DNA from: Thecamonas trahens ATCC 50062
Lineage: Eukaryota; Protista; Apusomonadida
Length of the DNA: 64,000 bases
Direction: 5' to 3'
Assembly (NCBI RefSeq): GCF_000142905.1
Contig: NW_013657671.1
Span: 124,001-188,000, forward strand
Under the pieces are notes generated by a model. The model was not told the DNA's origin. It did not search any database and was given only the letters and a program-made list of their open reading frames with translations. Shown here piece after piece: positions 41,401 through 52,635 of this stretch. Numbering within the stretch: the first letter of the stretch is position 1; every line of letters starts with the position of its first letter. The translations under genes were made by a program, and so were the position numbers.

Positions 41401-44400
41401 CAGCTCGTGCGCCGCTTGCCTCGCGTGCAACAGCGTGTGCCTCTTCCCGCTCTGCAGCGCCCTCGAGCTTAGCCTCCAACACCGCGTTGGCTCGATTAGC
41501 CATGGCAAGCTCTCGTCGCATCTCAGCGATCTCGGCCGCCTGCGCGGTCGCATCACGTCCTGCCCGCTCGCGTTCCGCTTGCCGCTGTGACCCAATCGCC
41601 TGAAGCTGCTGCCTCAAACATGTGCCGTCGTCACGGAGTCCAGCTACTTCCCGCTCGAGCGCACTCTGCTGTCGACGCGTCTCGGCCACTTCGCCTTCTA
41701 GCACCGTCACGGCAGCACCAAGCTCTCGTTCACGACCAGCACTCAGCTCGGCGCGCGCTCGCGCACGCTCCAGTGCAGTGGCTGCCTCGGCAGCATCGCG
41801 CTGCGACCGCGCCTCGCAAGCACGCAGTCTGCTTGTCTCAGCCTCACTCGCCTCCAGTGACGACCGCAACGCCCGAAGCTGTTGCCGTGCCGCCCGCTCT
41901 GCATCACGCGACTCTGCTAGCCGGCGCCGTGTCTCCTCGAGAGCCGCAGCTACGGCATCCACACCAGCCTGCTCGATCTCGTCATCGGCAGCGTCCAACG
42001 CTGTCTGCTCGGACCTGGACACAGCGACGGCCTTCGCCTGGGAACGCGCTGCCTCCACTTCGCCTGCAAGCCGGGCCACGTCAGCGGCGGCCTCGGCCAG
42101 TCGCTCCTCGCGCTCTGTAGCCTCATCTACTCCCATCCACCACCACTCGTGCTCCCCAGTGAGTCTCACACTCGCATTTCTCGTTGCAGAAGGGCATGTT
42201 ACCCCCCTTTTTTCCTCATTCCGTACCCCGTCGTGCTGTCAGTTTGGCCTTCGCCGCGGCAAGCTCGTCTTCCAGCTCTTCCACTGCCACTTGCAAGCTC
42301 GACGACTGCGATCGCGCCTTGCTCACTGCACCGGTAAGAAGAACCACCTCAGACTGCGCCTCGTGCAGCAGCTCCTCAGAGCTGGAGAGTGCCTCGCGCA
42401 GTCGCGCAGCCACCCCCCGCTCGTGGTTGGCCTCGTCGTGCGCCTGCTGCAGCTCGGCTCGAAGCTCGCGCAGCTCGGCGCGCTGTTGCGCGAGGTCATC
42501 CTCAAGCTCATCCGCACGCTCAGCCGCGCGGCCAGCTGCGGCCAGCTCCCGCTCGAGCTCGTGCACACGCACAAGCGCATTGGCGCCGTCGCTCGCCTCA
42601 GCTTCCGCAACAGCAAGTCGCGCCTGTGCCCGCTTGAGCTCGGCACCCAGTGCAAGCTCGCGCGCGTCGGCGTCAGCCGCAGCCTCACGAGCCGCGTCGC
42701 CGTCGTCGAGCGCCCGCGCAAGCCGTGCCTCTACCGCACTACGCGCAGCCTCCGAATCCTTGAGTGCGTTTTCGTTCTGGGCAGCTTCGCTGTTGGCGAG
42801 CGAGAGCTCCTCGCGAAGCCGTGCCGTCTCGTTCACCAGGTCGGACTTGACCTGGTGAAGTGCTTCCTCGCGCGAAATCATCGCTTGCCCGGAGAGCTCG
42901 GCTGCATCAAGCGCCTGTCGCGTCGCCTCCAGCTGGGCCAATGCTGTCTCGGCTTCGGCAGTCCGGCTCGCAAGCAGCGCTTCGGCTTCGTCGAGCGCCG
43001 TCGCCGACGCTGCCGCCGCTGCTTCAGTCGACTCGTGCAGGCTAAGCAGCTCGTCAATCTTAGCCACGAGCTGCTCCACGTGACTCTCGGAGTCCATCAG
43101 CTCGCTCTCAAGCTCTTCACACTTGCGGCCTAGCGCCGCCTGCGCCATTTCAGACTCTTGCAGCGCCTCGCTCAGCGAAGTGACGTCCGAAGAATGCTTC
43201 TCGCACAGCACCTTGGCCCGCTCAAGCTCAGCCTTGGTCGTCGCAAGAGTGGAGTCAGCCATGCTGGCAGCAGCTTCGAACTCTTCACGAGCTTCACGCT
43301 CGGTCGCCGCTGCCGCCTTGGCTGCCTTAAGCTTGCTCGACAGCACCGCAGCCTCCTGCGACATTGCCTCGTGCTCCGCCCGGAGACTCTCAAGGCTTCG
43401 CTGAGTCCTCTTCAGCTCTGCTGCCGTCTCGACGCACTCTTCATGGCTCGCCACCAGCCGCTCCGCCATCGACTCCTTGGCCTCTTGCACCCGAGCCAAT
43501 GCCGCAGTCATCTCACGAACCTGAGCCTGAGCCGACGACAGCTGCAGCGCCACGCTTGCATGGGCATCCTTCTCGGATCCGAGCTCCAGGCGGAGCGACT
43601 TGACCTCGCGCTGCGCGTCAGCAAGCGCATTCTGGGCTGTCTCGCTTGATCGAGAGCTCGACTCGCTCTGTCGCTGGATGCTCTCGATCTGAATGCTCTG
43701 TACAGCTGCGGCGTCGTCCTTGGACGCCAGCTCGCTCCGCAGTGCCCGCAGGCTATCGGTCAGCTCGGCAACCCGTGCCTGAGCCCCAACAGCCTCCGCC
43801 TTGGCCTCGGCTGCAACCCTCTGTGCCGCTTCCGCCTCGGCCTCGGCCTCGGCGGCCCGCGTCTCGGCGCGGGACTTGTCACGGAGCGCAGCGTCGCGCT
43901 CCTTGCCAGCCTCGAGTGCAGCCAGATCGGCGGCCGCGGCAGCATCCCGAGATGCCGTTGCTCGCGTGCGCGCAGCTTCGGCCTCGGCTTCGGCGTCGAG
44001 TGCCTTCTGTTCCGCCGCCCGCAGCAAACGCTCGGCATCAGCCTTGGCATCAGCCAGCGCATCGCCTCGCTCCATCGCCTCGACCCGTGACGATTCCTTG
44101 GCCTTTGCGGCGACCGTCACGCGCTCGAGTTCCGCCTCTAGCGCCGCAACACGCGACTTGAGCGCCCGTGCTTCGCCCGCCGCAGCCGCAGCCTCCTCCT
44201 TCGAGGCGGCCGCGGCTGCTGTCGCCGTGTTAAGCCGCTGCTCAACGGAGAGCAGCTGCGCTCCAGCAGCTGCCGCTTGGTCCATCGCCACCTGTGCCTT
44301 GGCCGACTCGACCTGCACCCGCGACTGGGCCGCATGAAGCGCCTCCTCGTCCTGTGCCGAGCTTGCCACCAACGCCGCGTGCTTCTCCTGCATCGTCGCC

Positions 44401-47400
44401 AGCTGTGACTTGACGTTCGCCAGCGCGGTCGCACCAGCCCCGGCCTGCAGGGTCTTCGACTCGAGGAGGACTTCGAGCTCTGCAGCGCGCGCACGCGCTT
44501 CGCGCGCCGCCTCCGCTGCCGCCACTTCCCGCTGCACTGCAGCGTCAAGGTTACTGGTCAGCATCTCGTTCGACGCCTTCAGTGTGCCAAGCTCGGCCGC
44601 TTGCTGCGCAACCTCTAGTCGGAGTGCTGCTGCTGTCGACGTCGCGTCACCGCTGTTCTTCGTCAGCGACGCCAACTGTGCCTCCAGGCCGGCAAGCTGT
44701 TGCCGCAGCGCGTCCTGGGTAGCCTTCTCGGCACGAACAGCATCCATAGCCTGTGTCTGACCAGCCCGTGACTCCAGCAATTGGCTCTGGGTCGCCTGCA
44801 GCGAGGCAGTCATCTCCCGCTGCGCGTTCTGCAGCTCGTCGTTGAGCCGCGTCGCCTGCTCCAGTGCCTCGTCCGACGCTGCCAGTCGCTCCGAGGCCAA
44901 TCCCAGCTTGCTCTTAAGCTCACGGGTCTGGGCCACGGCCCGCTCGTGGGCCTCGGCCAGCTGTGAGGCCGAGGCTTGCGCCTCCAGGACGGTGGCGCGG
45001 CTCAAAGCAGCCTCCCGCTGGAGAACGGAAACCTGGGCATGCGCCGCATCCGCTTCGCGCCGCGCCTCTGAACACGCGTGCTCGGCAGTGAGAACCGCCG
45101 CCCGCGTCACATCGAGGTCGCTGGTCAGCGACGCAGCATGGGCCTCGGCCACCTCGAGCTTCGACTGCAGCGCCTGTGCGCGGCTGGCTGCTGCTGCGGC
45201 CTCGCCCCGAGCGCTCTGTGCAATCTCGTTGGACTCGCCAACTTGCTGCTGCAAAGACGCAATCTCAGCCCGTAGTGCCGCATTGGTTGTGCTCGCTGCC
45301 CGGATGTCAGCCTCTTGTGTCGCGGCGGCGAGGCCCGCCGCAGCCACCTTGTCGTGCTCGCGCACAAGTGCAGCTTCTAGCTCGCGAATCTTGTTCTCCA
45401 GCTCGGCAGCGCGAGCATCCGCAGTCACACGGGCGTCGCCGGCTTCGCGCCGGACAGCTGCAAGTCGCGCAGCTGCGGCGTCCGCATCGGCCGCACGCGC
45501 TGCATCGGCCGCAATCGCGTCGGCCGCGCGCGCCTCCTCCACCGCACGCTTGGCGGCCTGGGCCTCTGCCAGCTGCTTCGCAAAGAATGTCTCTGCGTCC
45601 GAACTTGTTACCGCAGCAGCGTCGCGGGCCTCGATGCTGGCCTGCGCCTCGGCAAGCGCCGCCTCGGCCGACTCGGCTCGGCGCGTCGCGGCACGCGCAG
45701 CTGCCTCGGCAGAAATAAGCTCAGCGCGGACGCCGGCCAGCTCGGTCTCGATGGTAGCCTTCTCGGCCCGTGCTCCGTCGAGCCGCCGCTGAGCCTCGCT
45801 GAGGTCCGCGGCGGCGGTCGCACGGCTCTCGGCCAGTGCCGTGTCATGACGACGCTCGGCGGCAGCAACTGTCGCTGTCGCTGCTTCGAGCTTGGCTGCG
45901 AGCGCCTTGTTCTCAGCAGAGCTGCTTGCCAGCGCTGTGTCCACAGTAGACTTTGCAGCCTGTGACTCGGCGAGTGCAGCCTTGACTGAGGCCAGCGCCT
46001 GGTCCTTGGCGGCGACTTCGGCCGCCAGCGACTCGGTGCGTGATCCGACCACGTTCAGCTCGGCCTTGGCCTCAGCCGCCGCGGCCTTGGCCTCGGCAGC
46101 CTCGCGGTTACGATCGCCGAGCTTGGTGTGTGACGCAGCAAGGGCGTCGTGCGCTGCCGCCAGCGAGCTCTGCAGCTCGGCCACGCTTGCTAGCGCAGCC
46201 TCCTTCTCGCGCGAGAGAGTCGTCACGCGCAGAAGGTCGTGCTTGAGAGCCGCGTGCTCTCTGCTCAGCGTTTCGTGGGCAGATTTGAGCGCCGAGTTCG
46301 ACTCGGTCAGCGCAGAGTGCTTGATGTCCAGGTGTGCGAGAGCAAGCTTGGCCTCCTCTGCCGCGGCGGTCGCCCGCACCGCTTCGGCCTGAGCGTCCTT
46401 GCGCGCATTGCGCTCGGCGCCGGTCGCCTCCTGTGCCACCTGTAGAGCATCCCGCAACGCCACCCGCTCGGCCTCCGCAGACGCCAATGAGCCCGAAAGC
46501 GCCGTGTTGGCATCACGAACTTCCCGGAGCTGTGCCTCGGTGGCGAGGAGCTTGGCCTCAACCTCGGCAGCATGCTGCGACGCCGCGTCTCGCTGTGCAC
46601 TAACTAGGTCGAGATCACTCGACTTGGCCTGAAGTTGGGCCGAGTCGGCCAGAACACGTGCAAGCTCGTCGCGGACGGGTGCAAGGAGCGCAACCTCCCG
46701 CTCAGTCGACTCAAGCGAGAGCATCGTGTTCTGAATCTCGTCGCGGAGGAACTCGTTTGCCGCAAGAGCGTCTTGCAGCCGCACAGTTGTCTGGGCCAGC
46801 TCCGAGTTGAGGGCAGCCGCCCGAGCCGCGGCCGCCTCGTGCTCGGTTGTCACCGTCTCGAGCTGGGCAGCCAGCCGCATCCGGTCGTCGACGACAGTAT
46901 TGTGGCGTTCCTCCATCTGACGCAGCTGCTCGGCGCTCGATTCAAGCTGGTGGAGCCGGACCACCACCTTGTGATGCGCAGCGAGGGTGTCGAGCACTTC
47001 CTGCTGCGCGGCCGCGAGCTCATCCTTGATCTTGGGCAGCGCCAGGAGCTCGCGCTGGGCGTCGTGGAGCGCGGCGGACACTGTCTCCATTTCGTCGAGC
47101 AGCGTCTGCTTATCGCGGGCCAGCGCCCGCGCCCGGGCCTCGGACGCCTCCAGCACCGCAAGCTGCTCGGTCGCCTGCTCGAGCGACGAGTTGGACGACG
47201 CCAGCGTGCTTGCTAGCGAACTCTTGACCGCGGCGAGATCCTCGAGCTCGGCTCGTGCAGCCTTGAGCTCACCCTCAGTGGCAGCGAGTCTGGCCGGCAG
47301 AGGCGCAAGCTCAGCCGCGGAGGCACTGGCGCCGGCAAGCGACGCCCTCGCCACTGTCAGAGCCTGGTTGAGTGACGCCACCTCGTCCGCTAGCGGCCGC

Positions 47401-50400
47401 AGCGTGAGCAGCTCGGCATTGGCCGACGCGAGCTGCGACGTGAGCGTCGAGACCTGCTGCGACGCCCCGGCAGCAGCGGCAGCAGCAGCCGCGGTATTGT
47501 TCCGCTCGCTCGTCAGCAGCTGCTCAAGCTGAGCAACCCGAGCTTGCTCGGCCGTCACGCTCGACTCGGCCACAGCAACCGACGACTCGAGGGCGGCGGC
47601 GCGAGTCTGCGCCACTGTCAGCTGGTCAGCGAACTGGTCGCGTGACGCAGTCGCCCGATCAAGCGAGCTCTCGGTGTTGCGCAGCTCATCCAGAGCAGCC
47701 TTGAGCTGGGTCTTGGCCGCCAACGCTGCCGCGAGCTGATCTTGGCTCTCGGCGAGCTGGGTCTTCAGCGCCGCCGCTTCGACATTGGCCCGGCTCGCCA
47801 CGGTGAGCTCAGACTCCAGGTCCTCTATCCGCGCAGTGGCGTTTCCGACAGCGATCTTGAGCGCCGTGTTGGATGACGCGAGCGTACGAGCATGCTCGTC
47901 GGCCGCAACTTGGGCGTCGCGCAGCTGTGCAACCTCCAGCTTGGCCGCCGAGAGCTGGGACTGAGCCGCAAAGACGTCCTTGGAGCCCGACGCCGCCGCC
48001 GCCCGTGCCGTCGCGAGCTCAGCCTCGAGCGAAGACGCGTGCTCTAGCTTGGCGTTGGCGGCGCGGAGATCAAGCTGGGACGACGTCAGCTCTTGGGTGA
48101 CTGCGTCTAGGTTTGACGTTAGCGCCGCGTTGGCAATGGAGAGCATGGTGTGCTCTTCGGCAATGCTCGACAGCTGAGCCGCCTTCATCTTAGCCTCGGC
48201 AAGGAGCTCTGACGTGTGCTCCAGCTCGGGCGCGAGGACGCTGACCTTCTTGATGGCCGCGTCGCGGGAGGCATGCGCGAGTTCGAGGTCGCCCTCGAGC
48301 TCGATGATGCGGGCACGGGCGGTGGCAAGCATGATCTGCGTCTCATGGGCAGCCGCCGATGCGTTCGACTCCGCCTCCGCGAGGCGCGTTACCTCCAGCT
48401 GGGTGTGCGAGGTGAGTGCCTGTGACGACTCAAGCTCAGTGCGGAGGACTGAGAGCTCAGATTGAAGGCGGGTGCGGTCGGCAGCCGCCGCCTCAAAGTC
48501 GGAGCGGGTCGAAACAAGCGAAACCTCGACGTTGGAGAGCGCAGCGGCGCGGCGCGAGACGTCAAGCAACTGGCCCTCCAGTTCAACAGTCGAGTTGGAG
48601 AGTGCATGCGTCGCCTGCTGGGTCTCGGTCAGCGTCGTCTTGAGCTGCGAAAGCGTCCACGACTCGGCCTCCAGCTCGAGTGCGTACGCCTGCCACTTGG
48701 CCAGCGACTGCGAGAGCGCCGCCTTTTCGGCCATCGTCGACGACAGTTTCGTCTTGACCGACGAGATCTTCGTCGCCGAGTCGGTCAGTGCCGCCTGGGC
48801 AGTCGCGGCCAAAGTCTTGAGCGGTGCCGTGGCGGCGAGCGCAGCTTGCGCTGCGGCAAGCTCGCTGACAAGCTCGGCTTCGCGCGCACTAGCTGCGACG
48901 AGCTTGTCCTCAGCTCGGTCAAGGTCGCTCTCAAGCGCCTCAATCTTGGCGTCCCGGGTCCGGGCCGCAGCCGCGGCAGCGGCGGCTGCCTCCGATGCCT
49001 GCTGCGCGGCAGCTTCGGCGGCTTCGTTGGCGGCGCGACGGAGCGCTGCGAGCGACGAGGCGTGCGAAGATTCGAGAGTGTCGCGCTCGGACGCGGCACG
49101 AACGAGCGCCGCGTCGCGGTTGCGCACCGTATTCTGTGCTGCCGCAAGCTTTGCCTCAGCCGTAGTCAGAGCGTCCTGTGCGGCGGCCAGCTCGTGCTTG
49201 GCAGACCGCGCGGTCTGCGACTCGTCGGCCAGCTGCTGGGTAAGCGTCGCGACGCTAGCCTGAGCCGTGGCAAGCTCAGCCTCGGTCACTGTGGCCGAGG
49301 TACGGGTTGACACCAGCTGGGCGTTAGTAGTGTCGAGCTCGGCCTGGATCCGGGCAATCTCGCGCGATGCCTTCTCGGCCTTGACTTCCAAGTCGGCGGC
49401 ATCCGACTGGGCGGCAGCGAGGTCGACAGCAGACCGCTCGAGCTCGGCCTGCGATGACGCAAGGCTCACGGTGAGCGCGGCAATGCTGGCCTCGGCCACC
49501 CGCAGCTCGGCCGCTGGAACAGTGTCGACCGGCGGTGCCGGCGGCGGCGTCGCGGCCGCTGTCTTCTGCTGCGGCGAGCCACGGGTCGAGTTGGACGGCC
49601 AGAGCAGGTGTGAGTTCGAAGACGCCATGACCGCCGAGAGCGAGGCAAGTTCAGCCTGAAGCGTGGAGACCTGGTCGCGGAGGAGATCAGCCTCTGCTGT
49701 TGTTTCCATCTGCTGCGAGACAACCATCGAGCTGGAAAGCGCCATCGAGAGCTCGCTCTTGAGGGTGGAAATGTCGGCTCGGGCCGATCGGACCAGGGCC
49801 TCGTTGTCGGCTCGCGACTGCGTCAGCGCGGCGCGAGTCGATGCAAGCTCGGCGCGGAGTGCCGCCAGTTCACCCGAGTTCGTGGCGCGGCTCTGGGCGG
49901 GACTCGTGCTCAGCTGGTACGCCCGCAGCTGGTGGGCCTGGGTGGCGGCGAGCTGCTCGACCACCGTCAGCTGGGCCTGCAGCTCTGCGAGCTGTGAGCG
50001 AAGCACATCCGAGGAAGCCGATGGTGGGCTGGCCGCTCCGCCGCCTGCCTTTGCTAGCTGGCGGCGCAGTCGCTGGACCTCGAGCTCGAGCTCACGCTCG
50101 CGCTCACGCGATGGAGTCGAGGAGGGGATCGGCGACGCGCGCGGCGAGGCATCTGCTGGTCCCGAGCGTGCGGTTTGCGGCAGAAGCGATGCATTGGCCA
50201 GTCGGGCCTGGAGCTCGGCCACAGTCTGCTGCTCGTCCTGCAGCGCAAGGACAAGGACGTCCTTCTCCGAGGCCAGTCGGGCCGAAAACGACTTTTCGGC
50301 GTCGAGCCTTCGCTCGAGCGTCTCAAACTCGGCATCGAGAGCAGCAAGGTCTGGCGAGGAGCGAGTGTCCACCGCATGGAGAGCAAAAGGAAGCAGCGCC

Positions 50401-50854
50401 AGTGCGTCTTGATAGTTGTTCCACAGCTCGATAACAAAACCCTGCAGCGCTGGTCGAGCCGAGAGCTGAGCCAGTGCCAGGCCAGCCTCCTGCTCTGTCT
50501 TTGTCTTTGCAGCCTGCAGTGCTGCAATAAGGGAAGGAAGAGTGTTCCGCTTCGCCAGCGGAGCATCCGGCACCACCTCGTGGTACCGTTCCATAGCACT
50601 CAGCACCTTGCTATTGGTGTAGGAGGAGGTGGAGGGGAGGGGGGGAGGGGGGGCTGTGAGTGGCAACAGAATCATAGCAACCGATGGCTATGGGCATGAC
50701 CCGCACTGCGGCCGGGAGGGGCTGCGGGGGGAGGAGGGAGGAGCTGGGGACCTGGTGGGGGTAAGGCGCGATGCAGAGGAGGGGGGAAGGAGGAGGAGGA
50801 AGAATGGGGTTGTGGTTGGGCTACGTACCTTGCTGATGAGCTGGTGGAGGTCAT
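35499..50854 (-). CDS. Giant (~5,000 aa) coiled-coil protein with C-terminal PH-like and PDZ domains; exons 50829-50854, 42227-50610 and 35499-42126, with a 1-nt frameshift at ~37737
   Basis: ORFs 42216-50675, 37412-42169 and 35499-37733 join through intron 42127-42226 (GTACGG...TAG, G|AT=Asp) and a single missing base in one repeat copy (cacctcgccag vs cacctcggccag/cacctcagccag in neighbouring copies). The tentative first intron 50611-50828 (GTACGT...TAG) is phase-consistent. PH-like region: YAAVRHNILLLYSS...PADVPAWRAALAAA. PDZ region: KPQLGCVV..GVVIKELRTGKAAEAAGLLVGDAITAVGG. Confidence 0.82.
37455..38885 (-). repeat. Coding tandem array of ~20 units mixing 54-bp (ITALEAELASTKEGDAER) and 96-bp (ITTLEAELAEVQEKLAAAEAELASTKEGDAER) repeats
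   Basis: Near-identical nucleotide repeats are directly visible, and both unit lengths are multiples of 3. Confidence 0.95.
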
Positions 50855-51054
50855 GTCGGCCAGCTGCTGCTGCCTGGCAGAGGGGGGTGACCGGGTGGCG
50901 AAGAAATGTGTCGGGCCCAGTCGAGCGATGGCGGAATCGCTGGCGTACGGCAGACGGAGAGCGCTCTGGCGCGCCATGTCCAGATGCGAATAAAGAGTGG
51001 TGGGTCAGCAAGGTTTACGTTGTGGGGGGAAAATAGTGGATCTTTTAGATAGAA

Positions 51055-52501
51055 TCAAAAGGTGGGCGGCGGCTGGTTGGCGGGGGCAAAGCCGACGCGG
51101 GGCGGGCTGACCGAGCGGTCCCAGACGGTGGTGTACTGGCGGAGGACGACGTCGCCAAGGATCCAGAGCGGGCCGGCCTCCTCGACCGGAATCGACTCGA
51201 TGCCGAGGACACACTCGGTCGAGTTGGAGGTCTGGACCTTGAGGACGTAGTACTGCGGAGCGAGGTCAAGCTTGTTGCCCGAGATGGTGAGCGAGATGGT
51301 GGGGAGCGAGTCAACGTTGGAGCAGTCGGACTTGACGGTGCCGACGGCCTCGATGACACCCTTGGCGTCGTTGGACGGGATGGCGAGGATGGTGGTACCG
51401 GTGTCAACAACGGCGGCGCAGCCGAGGAACGCGCACTTGTGGGCAAAGCTGCCGACAGTGACCTGGGTCATGCGGATGAGCCAGTACGACGGAAAGTCGA
51501 CGTTGACGTAGAAGAACGAGGCTCCGGGCTTGACGTATGACTCGTCGATGTCGCCAAAGAGGAAGACAGACTCGGTGTTGCCGGGTGCAACGTCGTTGGA
51601 GAGAAAGACCTGGAGCAGGTCCTTGCTCAGCAGCTTTTGCGAGATCATGTTGTCAAACGGCGTCGGCACGCCCTTGGGCTCCGAGATCTCGTCAAAGGCG
51701 AGGCCGAGGATACCGTCGAGCGGCTCGTCCTCGAAGAACTTGGCCATGACATCAGCCTGGCCCAGCTTCTGCGACTTGATGTTAAGCCCGGCCACATGGA
51801 CGGTATCGATGACCAGCGAGCCGGCAGTGAAGCCGGTGCCGTACGGCCTGAGCAGGAAAGGAGGGATTGGAAGGGAATTAGAGACCGCGAGAGGAGGGAG
51901 GAGAGTGAAGATGGAAGGCAATGAGAGGGCAAACATCAACGTACACAGCGAATGGCTGGCCATCAGCAACAGCAGTGGTCGAAGCCGTGGCGTTGTACCG
52001 CGGCTTGGTCGAGCATGCTGCCGAAGCGCAGAAGACCGAGGGAACCCAGAGGTTGCTTGAGCCGGTGTCGAGCTACAGCCCAGCCCACACCCATCCATAC
52101 ACCTCCCACACGCCGTGAGTGCCATCCATCCCTTCCTCGCAAAGTCTCCAAAAAAAAGCATCCGCAACTGCACCTGCATGCACAGCGCCACGTTTCCGAG
52201 CCCACCACACACGTACCACCACACGGTAAGGGCCCTGGGCAGGCGTGCCGACGGTGATGTTGGCGACCCAGAGCTCGTCACCGTAGTTGACAACCGTCTG
52301 GGGATGACCCCCGGTGGCGGCGTTGTACTTGGCCAGCGAGCGCATGGGCGCCGCTCCAGAGACACGGGCCTTGTAGCCAGCAAGCCAGGCCTCGGCCTGT
52401 GCAGGCGTGTGCCGCTGCTTGGCCACCGTCATGCGCACGCTGTTGCCCATAACACTGGCTGCGAGCGCAGTCAGCAGAAGGAGCACAACCACAGTCTGCA
52501 T
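51055..52501 (-). CDS. Secreted/lysosomal aspartic protease (pepsin/cathepsin D-E family A1); exons 52217-52501, 51945-52072 and 51055-51847
   Basis: Signal peptide; spliced YRVV|LDTGSSNLWVPS and GQPFAV|PYGTG; DGILGLAF; second catalytic motif VVDTGT; WILGDVVLRQYTTVWD. Introns 52073-52216 and 51848-51944 both have GTACGT donors and are phase-consistent. Confidence 0.93.
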
Positions 52502-52635
52502 GGTGCTGAGAAAAATGTAGAGAAGTGCCTCTCATCTTTGCCCTCCCCCCCCCCCCCCCCCTCACTTGCCCCGCCACCGCCGTGTGTCGCCACAGGCCAG
52601 CACCCTCCTTGTGAGCTCTACGGAGATAAACTTTA

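Noticed and set aside
35499-50854. Labelling the giant as SMC, myosin heavy chain or kinesin
   Set aside because: No Walker A/B, hinge or motor-domain motifs are visible; any similarity would be generic coiled coil.
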